From positions 30,692,001 to 30,756,000 of the forward strand of contig OZ249436.1 of NCBI GenBank assembly GCA_965235115.1: 64,000 nt of DNA, in the 5' to 3' direction. The notes beneath the pieces were generated by a model that did not search any database, was not told the DNA's origin, and saw only the letters and a program-made list of their open reading frames with translations. Positions within the stretch are counted from its first letter, which is position 1. Every line of letters starts with the position of its first letter. Positions 46,901-58,600 of the stretch are shown one piece after another. The DNA is from Laetmonice hystrix. Its lineage: Eukaryota. The position numbers and the translations under genes are program-made.

Positions 46901-48872
46901 AACGCAAAAAAATAGTACGTAGCCTGTCAGGAAAAATCTAATTAATGAAGTAATTGGTACTTAAAGAGTGTGAGCACTTTATTTGCTTTATATTGCATTC
47001 GGTAAGTAATTAGACGTTGAAAACTCCTATCGGATATTTCTATATTCAGTCTAAATAATAATACAGATCATGAGAATGATACTAACCACAATCAAGGTAA
47101 TCCTTTGCAAGAATAATGTTGAACCTGGTTAGCCAGTACGTATATCACAGCTTTTTTGTCTTTAGCAAGTCAAGAATATCGCGTGGAAGTTGCATATCAC
47201 CAGAAAATTATTCCCGGAAGCAGTTTTGCCTGCACATATTGAAACTATAAAGCCCTACCCTAGGGAAGCCAGACCTTGCAAATAATACCAGCCTGGACAG
47301 GTGACACAACCTCAGTTGGAATTCATACGGGTGAAAGACAACCATCATTAGCTTGGCCCGAGGAGTCGCCCTCATCTACGTGTCCGATTAACTTTTAAAC
47401 CAAAGTCTCGTCTTATTATCATTTTACAATGTTATATCATTGTGAGACACATATCCATTTGGTGTAGCCATTATCCGTTCAAACAGTAAAGGTATTGTAT
47501 ATCAATCATTTGGACAATTAATGAAGACTCTTTAAACACCGGAATTTCTGTGGATACAGGTAATATTTTCTGAGCAACTTCTTCATGGACCGGTTATATT
47601 AGACATAAGAAAACAAAAGAGCAACTTTTACAGAGCTCATATGAACAAAATCCGTACCGGCAGTGTTGGCATTGCATCAAAAATGGCTAGAAAAACGAAA
47701 TCTAAGGAAATCGGACCCTACTTTTCTAACCTCTACATAAATGTGAAACGTTTGCATAGGCTACACGTCAGGCAAAGTTTTTCACCAGCAGCAAATATAG
47801 CAAAAACTCGCCGAACCCTTCAAACCCTCACCACCTAAAGCTCATATATCACAATCTTTGTGTGCCAAACTTAGACATGTCGACAGTATACAATGTACAT
47901 ACATATAGTACACCTATACTTCTGTTGCATGCAAGCATTCATGCGATACGCACGTTGTCAAAAATAAGTCTATGGTAATTTGATATATTTAGAGGGGAGT
48001 AGATCTAACACGAAATGCTTCTCTAGACAGGGAGCCACGCTTATATTGGTTGATTCTCAGATGGATAAATCTCCAAACGTGATTTCAGCTTGATCTACCA
48101 GCGGAAACCAGTACGGAGACGGATGTTTCTAACGGACTGCAATATACCCTCGTACCAGTTGTACATTGTATGTAAATATATCATTAAGATATCGGAAGGT
48201 CTGGTAAGAACTCTTCTGCGAGAAATTGGCTGAAGAGCTACTTTCTATCGACAAAGATGAGTGAAGTTGCTATGGAAACTTTCCATACTTTGTACCTACG
48301 TATACACACGTATAGCTTTAATTTTCAATCTCTTCAATGCTCTCCTATCATTTTGAAGCTACCAATATGGAACGAGGACTCCTCATCTGGCTATATGTAC
48401 GGTATAGATTTTGAAAAAGGTCATTTTAAACCTGGCCTAGCTAAATGATGCAATGGCATGTCAGTGAACAGACTAGTTATCACAGCACCTACGCTGAAAG
48501 GATGTTTGCTCATTTTATTTGATCACTATCGAGGACGAAAGGCGAATACAAGGTGTTACTTTAACTGAATACCGAATCACCTTTATCCTGTCTCTTTTAT
48601 TCACAACCATGGACGTTATTGTAAATTTGTGAAGAGGATGGTAAATTTTCATACGGCAGTTAATTTCTCTATCGTGAACCAAACATCTCGTGAAGTTGTT
48701 CCTAGGTCACCCACACCTACCTCTACACAGCTTTCTATAACAAGCACCAATTGAAAAGGACTATATTGACAGAAGGAGCGTCACAGTTAGTACCGAGTAT
48801 GCTAACACTGCTTACAAACCGGGTGATGCTTCATTCACACAGGAATTTGGGGCATCTGAGCGACTTGTTTAA

Positions 48873-49075
48873 CCCATAAGATGTTTGAAACCTGTAACAT
48901 CATTTTGTTGTTCTTAATTAGACAAATTCTAGTGTTTCATAACAAGGATGATTTCGTTTTCAAGTATCGATTGTAGGCATTTTTACAATGTATATTATTA
49001 GTTTCTACTGGACTCTTTCTATTTGATATGTGTCATACTTTACAATAGATAGACCCCCCTTTTTAATCTTATGGG
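48873..49075. mobile_element. piggyBac-like MITE
   Basis: ttaa|CCCATAAGAT ... ATCTTATGGG|ttaa. Confidence 0.6.
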
Positions 49076-50333
49076 TTAAAAAAATCTCAAAACAAATTCT
49101 TCTCGTCAGAGAAACATCCAAAAGCCCACCAATAAAACAACTTTATCCTTGGATAAAATGCGTTGGAAAGATGAGCTGTAGGATTGGAATTCTAATGTAA
49201 CACTTTAAAACTTTTAACCCACACCTTCTCATGACATGGTAATCAATAGAAAATATACATGTCACATGTTTCAAACGTCAACATTCCACATGGCGTGTTT
49301 ACATAGAACCAATCCTTTCCTACAGAACATTGCGAACGAAACATATCAGTGCCACTAACACTGCGAAATATTCCATGTTACAATCCTTTCTTTATGTTAT
49401 TACAAAGCACCATTATTTCGAAAGGCATACAGACAACGGGAACTTTCTGTTACATGGTATACCACATGAGGTACGATATATTTACACCTCCTTTGACGTT
49501 AAACAAATACACAGCACGAAACAATGCCCTCCCACCGCGCCGTGTCCTCAAGATACACGAATGGATAAACAAGATTGGCAGGAATAGTTTAGAAGAAATC
49601 AGCGATCCATAAAATAGATAAATAGATAATTTGGCATGAAATGCTTCCAGCCGAAAATGAGTTTTAAAAAGTACATAACTCACTCCTTTGACCATCTTCG
49701 ATTTTGCCAAATGATTTCACCGATTTGGTTTCTTTGGGAACAATGGCGTATTTGCCGGTCGGTGTACACGAGTACAACCTGGAAGCAATCACCTGAAACA
49801 CCAACATCCTCGGAGGCGGAGTAAAACTAAATGAATGAAACTGAACTAACTCTGAATGGGGACTGCTTGTAATGGTTCACTAACTTTGCCTCTGATGACT
49901 ACCTGTACTAAATGATTGCATAGCTATTGTCACAACTGATACAGGTTAGATATGCATTGATACATAAAAGTATTATACATATGGCTCCGTAAAATACGTG
50001 TCAAATTTTCCATGGTGCATTCCAGTCAGTCCAGCGTAAGCGATAAATATATACAATTATGTGAATGAATAACTGACCAACAAGAACAGGCTCAGTACTA
50101 AATGGCATTTTCTAACAGACTAATGACCATGACATGATACATTTCAGTTTCAGGTTTGACACTCGTGCACTAGCATACACTTCGGTCCCGATCTGTATAC
50201 ACCCACACGACCGTGGTCCGTAATTACGTGCATGCCTGCTGTCCTATCGTTGGTTCTAGAAGGTCGATACTCTGTACCCGGGCAGGCACGAAAATGGATG
50301 GATTGATGGATGGATGATGGTCTAAATCTTTAG

Positions 50334-53300
50334 TTATTGCATCTGTTGCGCCTTCAAGAGAGCAAGCAGTTCAGGAGGAGTTTCAACAGTCTCTTCACTG
50401 GTCTCCCACACTTCTGAATATTGTTGTTGTTCCTGCTCTTGTGGGTACGTTTCACGTGTTCTCATGGAAGACTGTGACGGGTAATAAGCTGACTTTGTTG
50501 CTGGCCAACCATTGCCGTTGCGGCCATCAGCCCATGCACTTTCTAAGGTTCTGGTTGTTGTGTGTGTTCTAGACGTGTCATCGTCTACAGATTGGTAAAT
50601 CACAGGTTTGGTATAAGTCTCCTGAGTACTCCAAGAACCATACCTACTGGCCCCATAATCCATCCTCTCGCCATTGTAGTGGTGAGATTCGTAATTGTTG
50701 TTCCTTACAACCTGCACAGGTTCGTGTCTGTGGGTGACTGTGTCTTGTACGTGGTTCCCTTCACTGTCCCAACTGTGGATCGAGTCAATAACGTGTTGCT
50801 GCTCAGCCGAGCTCAGGCTGTGTACGACAGGAGGCCGTGTGACCCTCTCCTCAACCGTCCACGTTTCCTCAGTTGTCGGGGCAGTTTCAATTTCCGGACT
50901 CAGTTCCATGGGCACAATGTTCCTAGCGGAGGTGACTGAAGAACTTGTTTGCATGTCGCTGCGACCGTTTTGGAGACCGTCGCTATTACGCTGCAGGACT
51001 TTGAGGATAGCCATAGGGGTTTCTACGACTTCTTCTTGTGTCACCCATGTCTCCTCAGAGCTCTCGGAGCCCGGCGAGAGGACTCTCTTCTTGGGGCTAC
51101 TAACTCTCGATGAGGTACGCGACACCTCCTTGGTGGTCCATCGGTCGTAGGTTTCAGGTTTGTGATCAGCAGTAGTTTTATCGGTTTGCTCCATCGAGAC
51201 TCCCTGACTGTAAGAAGACGTGAAGCCTTCTCTATCTAAAGTGGCTGCGACCTCATCAAGGGCCTTCTGCTCCTCCACCATCTGTTGCTCCAAGGCGTGC
51301 AGAATAGACTGTGGTGTCTCCACCATGTTGGCGTAGGTGGACTTGGATTCGTCCAGTGTTGCTGCCTTTCCATCCCCCTCCTGCTCGTCATCCCCGACGA
51401 TACCAACATTGAAGTGTACCTGATAGTCTCTGTTCAGCAGTTCCTTCTGCTGCCGAAGCATCTCCAGGATGACAGCAGGTGTTTCACACTCCTCCGTTTC
51501 CCAGGTACTCGTGGCTTCAGGCTCCTCCTCTGGTACCTTCCTGATGGTCTCCCACGTCTCATAGTGTTCTTCAGGAACTTGTCTCCAGCTCTCCTGTCGC
51601 TCAGCCAGACACTCATTACTGGTGTACCCGCGGTCAGCGAACATTTCTTCAGGTTCTGGGTGTTTATTGACGGCTTCAGACGACTGACCCATGTGTTTGG
51701 CTTTCAGACGCTGCAGAACTTCATGGGGACTGTCTCTGTGCTTCTCGACCCGTTCTAATCGTATCTCGTCGACGAACTGCTCAGTGTTGTAGGTGATTTC
51801 CTCCATGGGTTGCCACGCCTCATCAGTTTGATCCAGGGCGTGGTCGTAGTAACCTGAATCACGGATGCCGTGATGACCCTGGTTATCCTGGTTGGCCTTG
51901 CGGACCGCATCTCTCAGCTGGTTCTCGAGGACCCACTCATCCTCGGCCTCCCTGAGGGCCTCGGAGAATATGTTCCTGATGCTCGACGTCATCGTCCCGT
52001 ACGACCAGAGGCAGAGAGAGATCCAGTAATTGGTGATCGCTAAATCATTATCGACCTGTAAACTGGCAGCGTTGGCAAAACACTCTGCGGCCTCTGGGAA
52101 GAGGTTCATCTCGAGCATCGCGTAGCCGAGGATGGAGTGGTTCAGGGCCACATCGGAGTGATAAACAGCTTTGAACAAGTCGACAAGACAATCCTCGGCA
52201 TCCTTCTCTAGGCGCAGTTGTTTGTAGCAGAGGATGGCAAGGAACTTGCTGAAGATTTTGGTCTCCAGGGCGACCTCGTCCATGTCGTCTATCTCCTGCT
52301 GGAGATGCTCTGGGAGAACAGCTTGTTCCACTCCATTGTAGACAACGTTTGGGTCCTCCCGCGTTGACGGTGAATGCACCACTGGCAGCATTGCTAGCAA
52401 GGCGTCTCCGGCCTGGGCCTGCTGATACAGGTAGTTGGCATACTGAACACAGACACTTGAAGACGAATCCATGTTCATGGCATCCTGATAAAACTTCTCT
52501 GCTTTTGTTAGCAAGTTCTCCATGTCTTCGTTGTCATCCTGAATGCATGCCTTCACATGGAACAGCGTGCCGAGGGTGCCCATGAGTTGTGCCATTTCTT
52601 CTTTATGTGGGCCTGGAATATCGACATAGGCATCAAGACAGTCGTTGTAGCACTCAATGGCACGATCAACATCACCAGAGAGTGTGTACGTCAAACCAAG
52701 CTGACGCAAGATCCCCACTAGATCATCCTTAATGGAGTTTTCTATGTTTTTCTGGTAGTCCAAGGCTTGCTGCAGGTACAAAGCAGCTGTCGAGTACTCC
52801 TTTGTATTGACATGTACACCAGCCATGCGGTTTAGCAGCTGATTTTGTAGTGCAGATGCACTTGATTCATTCCCAAGTCCTTGACTCATCTCCAGTGCCT
52901 CGTTGTAATAGATGAGAGCATTTTCATTATCCTCAAGAGCGGCGTACTCATCAGCCATCGCCTTTAGGATTTTGACACACTGCTTAACATCAATGATATC
53001 TGCACTCTTCACCATACACTTTGCCAGCCCAAGATAGTGTAGGGCCTTTTCATGGAAACTAAGAGTGCCATAGGAATACCCTACACAGTAAAGCGTTTCT
53101 GTCACAAACCATCGGTATAATCCATCAATTTTCATGATATCTTCCTTGTACAAGGAGGTATACAATTCAAATGCCTTCAAGCACCACGCAATGCTCCGAT
53201 GGAATCGCTTCATGCTGACAAAAGTAAGGCCCATCATTGTGAGGGTAAAAGCAACTTCAAAGGTAGAATCATCCACGCCATATAAGTGCTGTTGTAACAT

Positions 53301-55607
53301 GTGAGCACACTCGTACATTGACACAGCTTTGGAGTAATTCGCTATCAAGAAATTAGTGGTGCCCAGCATTGCCAGAACGTGGGCGTTGTTAGCCAGGGTT
53401 TTAGAACCGATGATGTTCTTGAACATATATAATGCCTCCTCATAGCACACGATTGCATGCTCATAGTTGCCGGTCATGATGTTGCAGTCGCCAAGTTTAG
53501 TGAGAACCTCCACATAGAGATGGTGGTGTCCGTCTTCTGTGAACGTACCCTTGCGCAGGATGTCGAGCGCGTGGTTGAAGCAGCCAATGGCCTCCTGCGT
53601 GGACACCCAGTATGCATCCCCTTCATTATCCTCCTCCTCATCACTGTCAGCATCCACGTCGATATCCATCACCTGGTCGTCCTGCTTCACCTCCCTCTCC
53701 AGAACCTCCTTCACAGCCTTCATAATGTGCTCAAACAGAGTGGACTCCTTCCATTGTTCTGCCATGAAAGCAGAACCAAGTTCATACCAGGTCTTGGCCA
53801 CACTGAGATCAGCACCCTTCTCCTTGACCATCCCATAGATACTGATGGATTCCTCCATCAGCTGGCTACCGCCCACAAAGTCTCCTTGGCTACATTTGAT
53901 CATGCCCAGACTCTGCATGATGTGTGCTATATGAGGCTTCAAGGCACTCCGTTCAACTGACTCCCCTGAGTTCTTCTGGAAGATTCCCAATGCAAATATG
54001 TACAGGTCGCTTGCTTCCTTGAAACTCTTCTTTTTGTGCATTCTGTCAGCCATATTGGTGAGAGCCAAAGCCAGAGTGAGATTTAGCTCTGACTCTGTCA
54101 CTGGTGCTTCAGGGGTGACAGAGAGGTCCTGAGATTCCGTATTACGGGGTTTAGCTTGGGGCCGTCGGCCGGACGGGCTGTCCCATGGCCGACCCGCCAC
54201 TTCTGTTAAAGGAGACAATTCTTCATAGGTTTGGAGTTTGTAGGTGGAGGGAGGGACGCGATCAGGAGACTGGTCCCTGTGGTAACCCTTCCAGACACGG
54301 AGAACACCAACATCCTTAAGAACGTCCTCTTCCTCAACGTAACGGGACCTCTGCTGTTTTACAATGGTCCTCGCCTTTGTCGTAGCACGATGTGACGATG
54401 AAGAAGAAGACAACACTTTTTTCTCTGTAGGATCTTCAATCAGCTTCTTTGAGGATTCAGAGAGAATGTTAAATGCTAGGTTCTCCTGACTGTGTCTCCA
54501 GTTCGCTGCTGCAGCCAGAAGCAACTGACTAGTCCCATGACTAGCAGAGACCTCTTCCTGAATAACAGATAGGGAGGATCTTCGTTCTTCATGAGTCTGG
54601 GCGCCTTGCTGATGTGGCAACTGGTTCCCGGCCTCTGTTGTTGAGGACACGTCATCAGTGTGGGTTCTCTCCTTACCTTCGTCCTCCTCTGGTTCTGGAG
54701 AGCTGTCAGAATACAGAGCTTTACGGAAAGTTCCAAGTAGGTCAAAGTTATCAGCCAAAGGTGACATTAGAGTCAGTTTGTCTTCTGGGGTCATGTCCTT
54801 GTGGATTTGTCTGTGCCGCATATCAGTGGTTATCTGCTTCACAAGATTCTGGATGGCTGCCTGTACCTTGTCAAAGTTTATCTTCTTTTTCTTTCCCATT
54901 TTTGCATCACCTAGACTCTCCATGCTTTCGGATCGCTCAAGCTTTGTTGGTTCCTCATATCGGATGGTTTCATCGAAGTTATCATCGGTGCTCTCCAGTC
55001 GTGTCGCGTACTTCTCCTTCACGTACCCCTGGAACATTTCCAGCCAATCGGTGTTAACTCCTTTCTTTTCCTCCTGCTCTGGCTCACTAGTTTTTACATG
55101 AGGACGCTTAATACCCATTAGTTTCTCCATTGCGCTAAGGCCATCCTTGCAAGGCATGAGACGATCCTGCAGTGATTTTACAAGACAGTCTTCTAGTACT
55201 TTGAGGCTGGATTTGGCCTTCTGTGCCTCTGTTTCGAACCATCTAGAGTGTGAGTCATTGGCGTCAGCCTGCAAAGCAGTCTGACAACAGTTCAAGGCCT
55301 TCCGTTTTGAGGAAATTGCATGCATGTACATACGATGCCATTCAAGTTCATTGCTGCGCATAGTCCTTGCTCGCTTGGAATATATTTCCGAGAGGCCTAT
55401 CAGTGAAGTGGCCACATTTTTATCCCGGTCTTTGAATCGTTGATCAGTGTGAGTGAGAACTTTGTGAAAGACTTGTTCAGCTTCCTTCAGTTTGTATCGG
55501 TCCAGCATGGTATGACCCTCCTCAACCCAAGCCTCGATCTGTGCCTGGTCAGCCACATCAGCCTGTGGCTTGGTGGTGGTTCCTTCCTCAGCCATACTGC
55601 CCATCAC
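50334..55607 (-). CDS. Large tetratricopeptide-repeat (TPR) protein, ~1750 aa, single coding exon
   Basis: Uninterrupted 5.27-kb ORF; ttgcag acceptor before 55607 and ATGs at 55604/55595; many TPR-like helices (e.g. VLTKLGDCNIMTGNYEHAIVCYEEAL, ILRQLGLTYTLSGDVDRAIECYNDCL); acidic tail. Confidence 0.92.
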   Translation of the reverse strand: MMGSMAEEGTTTKPQADVADQAQIEAWVEEGHTMLDRYKLKEAEQVFHKVLTHTDQRFKDRDKNVATSLIGLSEIYSKRARTMRSNELEWHRMYMHAISSKRKALNCCQTALQADANDSHSRWFETEAQKAKSSLKVLEDCLVKSLQDRLMPCKDGLSAMEKLMGIKRPHVKTSEPEQEEKKGVNTDWLEMFQGYVKEKYATRLESTDDNFDETIRYEEPTKLERSESMESLGDAKMGKKKKINFDKVQAAIQNLVKQITTDMRHRQIHKDMTPEDKLTLMSPLADNFDLLGTFRKALYSDSSPEPEEDEGKERTHTDDVSSTTEAGNQLPHQQGAQTHEERRSSLSVIQEEVSASHGTSQLLLAAAANWRHSQENLAFNILSESSKKLIEDPTEKKVLSSSSSSHRATTKARTIVKQQRSRYVEEEDVLKDVGVLRVWKGYHRDQSPDRVPPSTYKLQTYEELSPLTEVAGRPWDSPSGRRPQAKPRNTESQDLSVTPEAPVTESELNLTLALALTNMADRMHKKKSFKEASDLYIFALGIFQKNSGESVERSALKPHIAHIMQSLGMIKCSQGDFVGGSQLMEESISIYGMVKEKGADLSVAKTWYELGSAFMAEQWKESTLFEHIMKAVKEVLEREVKQDDQVMDIDVDADSDEEEDNEGDAYWVSTQEAIGCFNHALDILRKGTFTEDGHHHLYVEVLTKLGDCNIMTGNYEHAIVCYEEALYMFKNIIGSKTLANNAHVLAMLGTTNFLIANYSKAVSMYECAHMLQQHLYGVDDSTFEVAFTLTMMGLTFVSMKRFHRSIAWCLKAFELYTSLYKEDIMKIDGLYRWFVTETLYCVGYSYGTLSFHEKALHYLGLAKCMVKSADIIDVKQCVKILKAMADEYAALEDNENALIYYNEALEMSQGLGNESSASALQNQLLNRMAGVHVNTKEYSTAALYLQQALDYQKNIENSIKDDLVGILRQLGLTYTLSGDVDRAIECYNDCLDAYVDIPGPHKEEMAQLMGTLGTLFHVKACIQDDNEDMENLLTKAEKFYQDAMNMDSSSSVCVQYANYLYQQAQAGDALLAMLPVVHSPSTREDPNVVYNGVEQAVLPEHLQQEIDDMDEVALETKIFSKFLAILCYKQLRLEKDAEDCLVDLFKAVYHSDVALNHSILGYAMLEMNLFPEAAECFANAASLQVDNDLAITNYWISLCLWSYGTMTSSIRNIFSEALREAEDEWVLENQLRDAVRKANQDNQGHHGIRDSGYYDHALDQTDEAWQPMEEITYNTEQFVDEIRLERVEKHRDSPHEVLQRLKAKHMGQSSEAVNKHPEPEEMFADRGYTSNECLAERQESWRQVPEEHYETWETIRKVPEEEPEATSTWETEECETPAVILEMLRQQKELLNRDYQVHFNVGIVGDDEQEGDGKAATLDESKSTYANMVETPQSILHALEQQMVEEQKALDEVAATLDREGFTSSYSQGVSMEQTDKTTADHKPETYDRWTTKEVSRTSSRVSSPKKRVLSPGSESSEETWVTQEEVVETPMAILKVLQRNSDGLQNGRSDMQTSSSVTSARNIVPMELSPEIETAPTTEETWTVEERVTRPPVVHSLSSAEQQHVIDSIHSWDSEGNHVQDTVTHRHEPVQVVRNNNYESHHYNGERMDYGASRYGSWSTQETYTKPVIYQSVDDDTSRTHTTTRTLESAWADGRNGNGWPATKSAYYPSQSSMRTRETYPQEQEQQQYSEVWETSEETVETPPELLALLKAQQMQ

Positions 55608-58600
55608 CTGCAACATACAACAGATTGATTTCGTCAGTATAATCTTTAATCAGACATGGAGGTCGATTTGGGTCCCTGGCAGATGATCACACCAGTCAGC
55701 CAGGACCTCTAAATCATATCCGTAACAAGTAAATATACATTAAAAATAACAGTTTTGACGAGTAAGCGTGAAAATTAAAAGCTCCAATTCCTGTTTGTTA
55801 ACCACCTGTATATTACTTAGATAATGACTTTCCCCAATAAGATTAATATATAAGGAATAATTGAGCCTGATATATATCAACTCAAATATTCCTAGTTTCT
55901 TATATACCGCGCTGGCATGACTTCCATGAATAAATCATCAAAACAAACAAAGCTGAAAGAACAATTGAGCTTTCTTCCAATTCCCTCACTCAAGTTTCCC
56001 TCGAACCTTTGTTAACATTAACACAGAATGACGACATCAACACCAACCAAGATACCCCTATTAGATATCAACGACCCCCCCCCCCCCAGCTCAGAAACTT
56101 ACTGACAAAAATTTAATATTTGCTTTTAGGAAGTGGCGTGATTTTGTGTGTGTATTACGCCCAAGGCGTTTTGCTTGCATTCGCACTTCTGCGACGGTAT
56201 CATGGATTCACGGTTGTATGTGCATCATACACGCACATATGGGTATAATTTGTAGTGAAAATGTCGTGATAGATTTATGCCCAGTATAATGACCAGTCTA
56301 ACCTTTGTCCCCCGTATCGGGTTAGAACTGTCTGGTCCTTACGGCACACCATACTAACCCACTAGCCTACATAGGTCGGCCACTCACTACATGTATTGTG
56401 TATATGAGCGGGTTTTTTTCACCTTTTTTCTTGTCTTTCATTTTAAGGCCATATTATCTGTGCTGTTACTCGTTGTTTGTTTTCTACTGGAATATTATTT
56501 GAGAGCAACTGACATGTTTCATTTGTCACAGGCGCTACAAACACAAACACTTTAATGGGTAACATATAACGTTATAAAATGTTTTCTCCAACCAATTCCA
56601 TAAATAGCCGTCAGCTTTTTTTGGTATCAATATAATGGCGGATGCCGCTTGGATAAGCTGTATCTACTAAATCACTAAAGGCTTTGTATGTGGTGCCTGC
56701 ATGGTAGCGCCAATGAAATTCCACATCATAAACATATCACCTGACGAGTTATATCAAATATTCCAAACCTGTGCTCCTTTCCTTCGGGGAATGGAATAAA
56801 CACAAAGTTATTTGTTTCCTTCGTGGTATGTGGTATGACGGAACGATGAAAATGAGCAAAAAGATGATAAACAGAACGTTTAATTATGCCGCAAACAATG
56901 CCACTAGGTGCAGTTTGGCGTGAAATATTGGGGGTACGTGGTGCTAGGCCGATGCTTCGTTGACAGGACATCGATCTAACTGTTATTTGGTACGATCCCA
57001 TTCGTTTTGGGGAGTTTATCTACGTCTTGGGCACAGTAGCCATTGTTTTAGAGTTTTATTTAGTTTTGATGAAGCCTGTCAAAATGTTGGATTTATTCCT
57101 TGCTCGTTGAAACCCACCATGAATTAGAAAAACATTGGTCCGAAGAGAAGAGCTTACGAAGACGAGCTAAGCGACGATAATTCACCATTTTTCCACATTG
57201 TAGTGTAAAGTTATGTATTCTAGAGACCACATTCTATAAGTTCACTGAACCTTGAGTATCGTACTTTGTGATATATAATGCTTTAGTTCAGCCACCCATC
57301 TTTAACTAGGTCACCTAGTATATAGCAAATAGATTTCTTACACTGTTATCTACGCATTTAGTTCAATTTAGCTGGTACCTTGAGATATTTGTCGAGCTTC
57401 AAAAAATAGGAAAAAAGATTAGCGCACTGTTATCTTTACAGTGTTATCTGGGATCATTATGGATCTCGTTTTCCTTATCGTTTTCCTTATGAGCTTTGGC
57501 AATGTTTACAATCTTCCATGACAAAGAGTTATATTCAGGTAGAATTCTCAACATAGGGCCCGTGAATGTCTAAATGATGTCGCTGTGGTGGGGTTGACAC
57601 AGGAGGTGGGTGGCCCTTGCAGTTCACGAGGTGCGTGGTGGGTTGGTGACTATAAATATAGGATTGCTTTGAAATATGGCAATCGGTGCCAACATATGGC
57701 ACTCCGTATACAGCGTGACACTGACATTATGCTGAAGTTATTTTCAGGGAGAAACCATGAGTATACCTTTCCGGGGAGTTGTCTCCCAAGTCTATACTGT
57801 TTGACAAATATCCGTTTGTAGACAACGTCAGTTATTAAACACAGTCCCTCAAAGGGACGTCATCGGTGAGCGCCTCCCCTTTATTTTTACTTTTTTAAGG
57901 TTTCATTAACAGCTGGTCTATCTGACTGAGTATACTGTGTAAATGGGGTACACCGCTTCGACTATTATTATATTAGCTGACATGACCGTCCCAGACTAGA
58001 AATGAATCAATAGATCACTTTTTCGTCTGATGGATAAAGTTTACCTCATAACGTTTACCCTCAGTGAAATATCACATTTAAGTTACTTTATTCTTTAGAT
58101 GCTTTCTTATTATGCTGTAACTAAAAGTAAAAGCATGACAAATTCTGACAGTAGAGCATATATAGATTCCTCAAAATAAAGTAGGCCTACATTTTCCCAC
58201 CTGCCTTCGACCGTTAGCCATGCAGAAACTTCAAGGCCTGGCCACTGTCAGCGACGGTTAGTTCAGCAAACACTGTCCCAAACATTTTTTCATGCCTCGG
58301 ACTTGGATTGTATTACCTTTTTTCCACGAGGCTATCAGCTATATGGTGCGACTGAGTTGAATGTACGATGTTCTATCCTTCGGTTCCTCGCATAAACCCT
58401 CCAAATTAACATCCCAAATCACTTATTCCCGTGGCCTACAGGCCCACTTTATAAAGGGCCTAGGTATGGGGTTTGGCTACCCTACCTATGATTGAATCTC
58501 CTTGTTTGCTCGGTGTGCCGTGATGGAATGTCTAAATCGGTACTCACTTTTCCGTTACCAACAAAAGGTAAAAATGCTCCAGGCTGGGCCTATATCACTC

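Noticed and set aside
50562..55628. Several + strand ORFs of 60-167 aa overlapping the TPR gene
   Set aside because: Antisense shadows of a long coding exon
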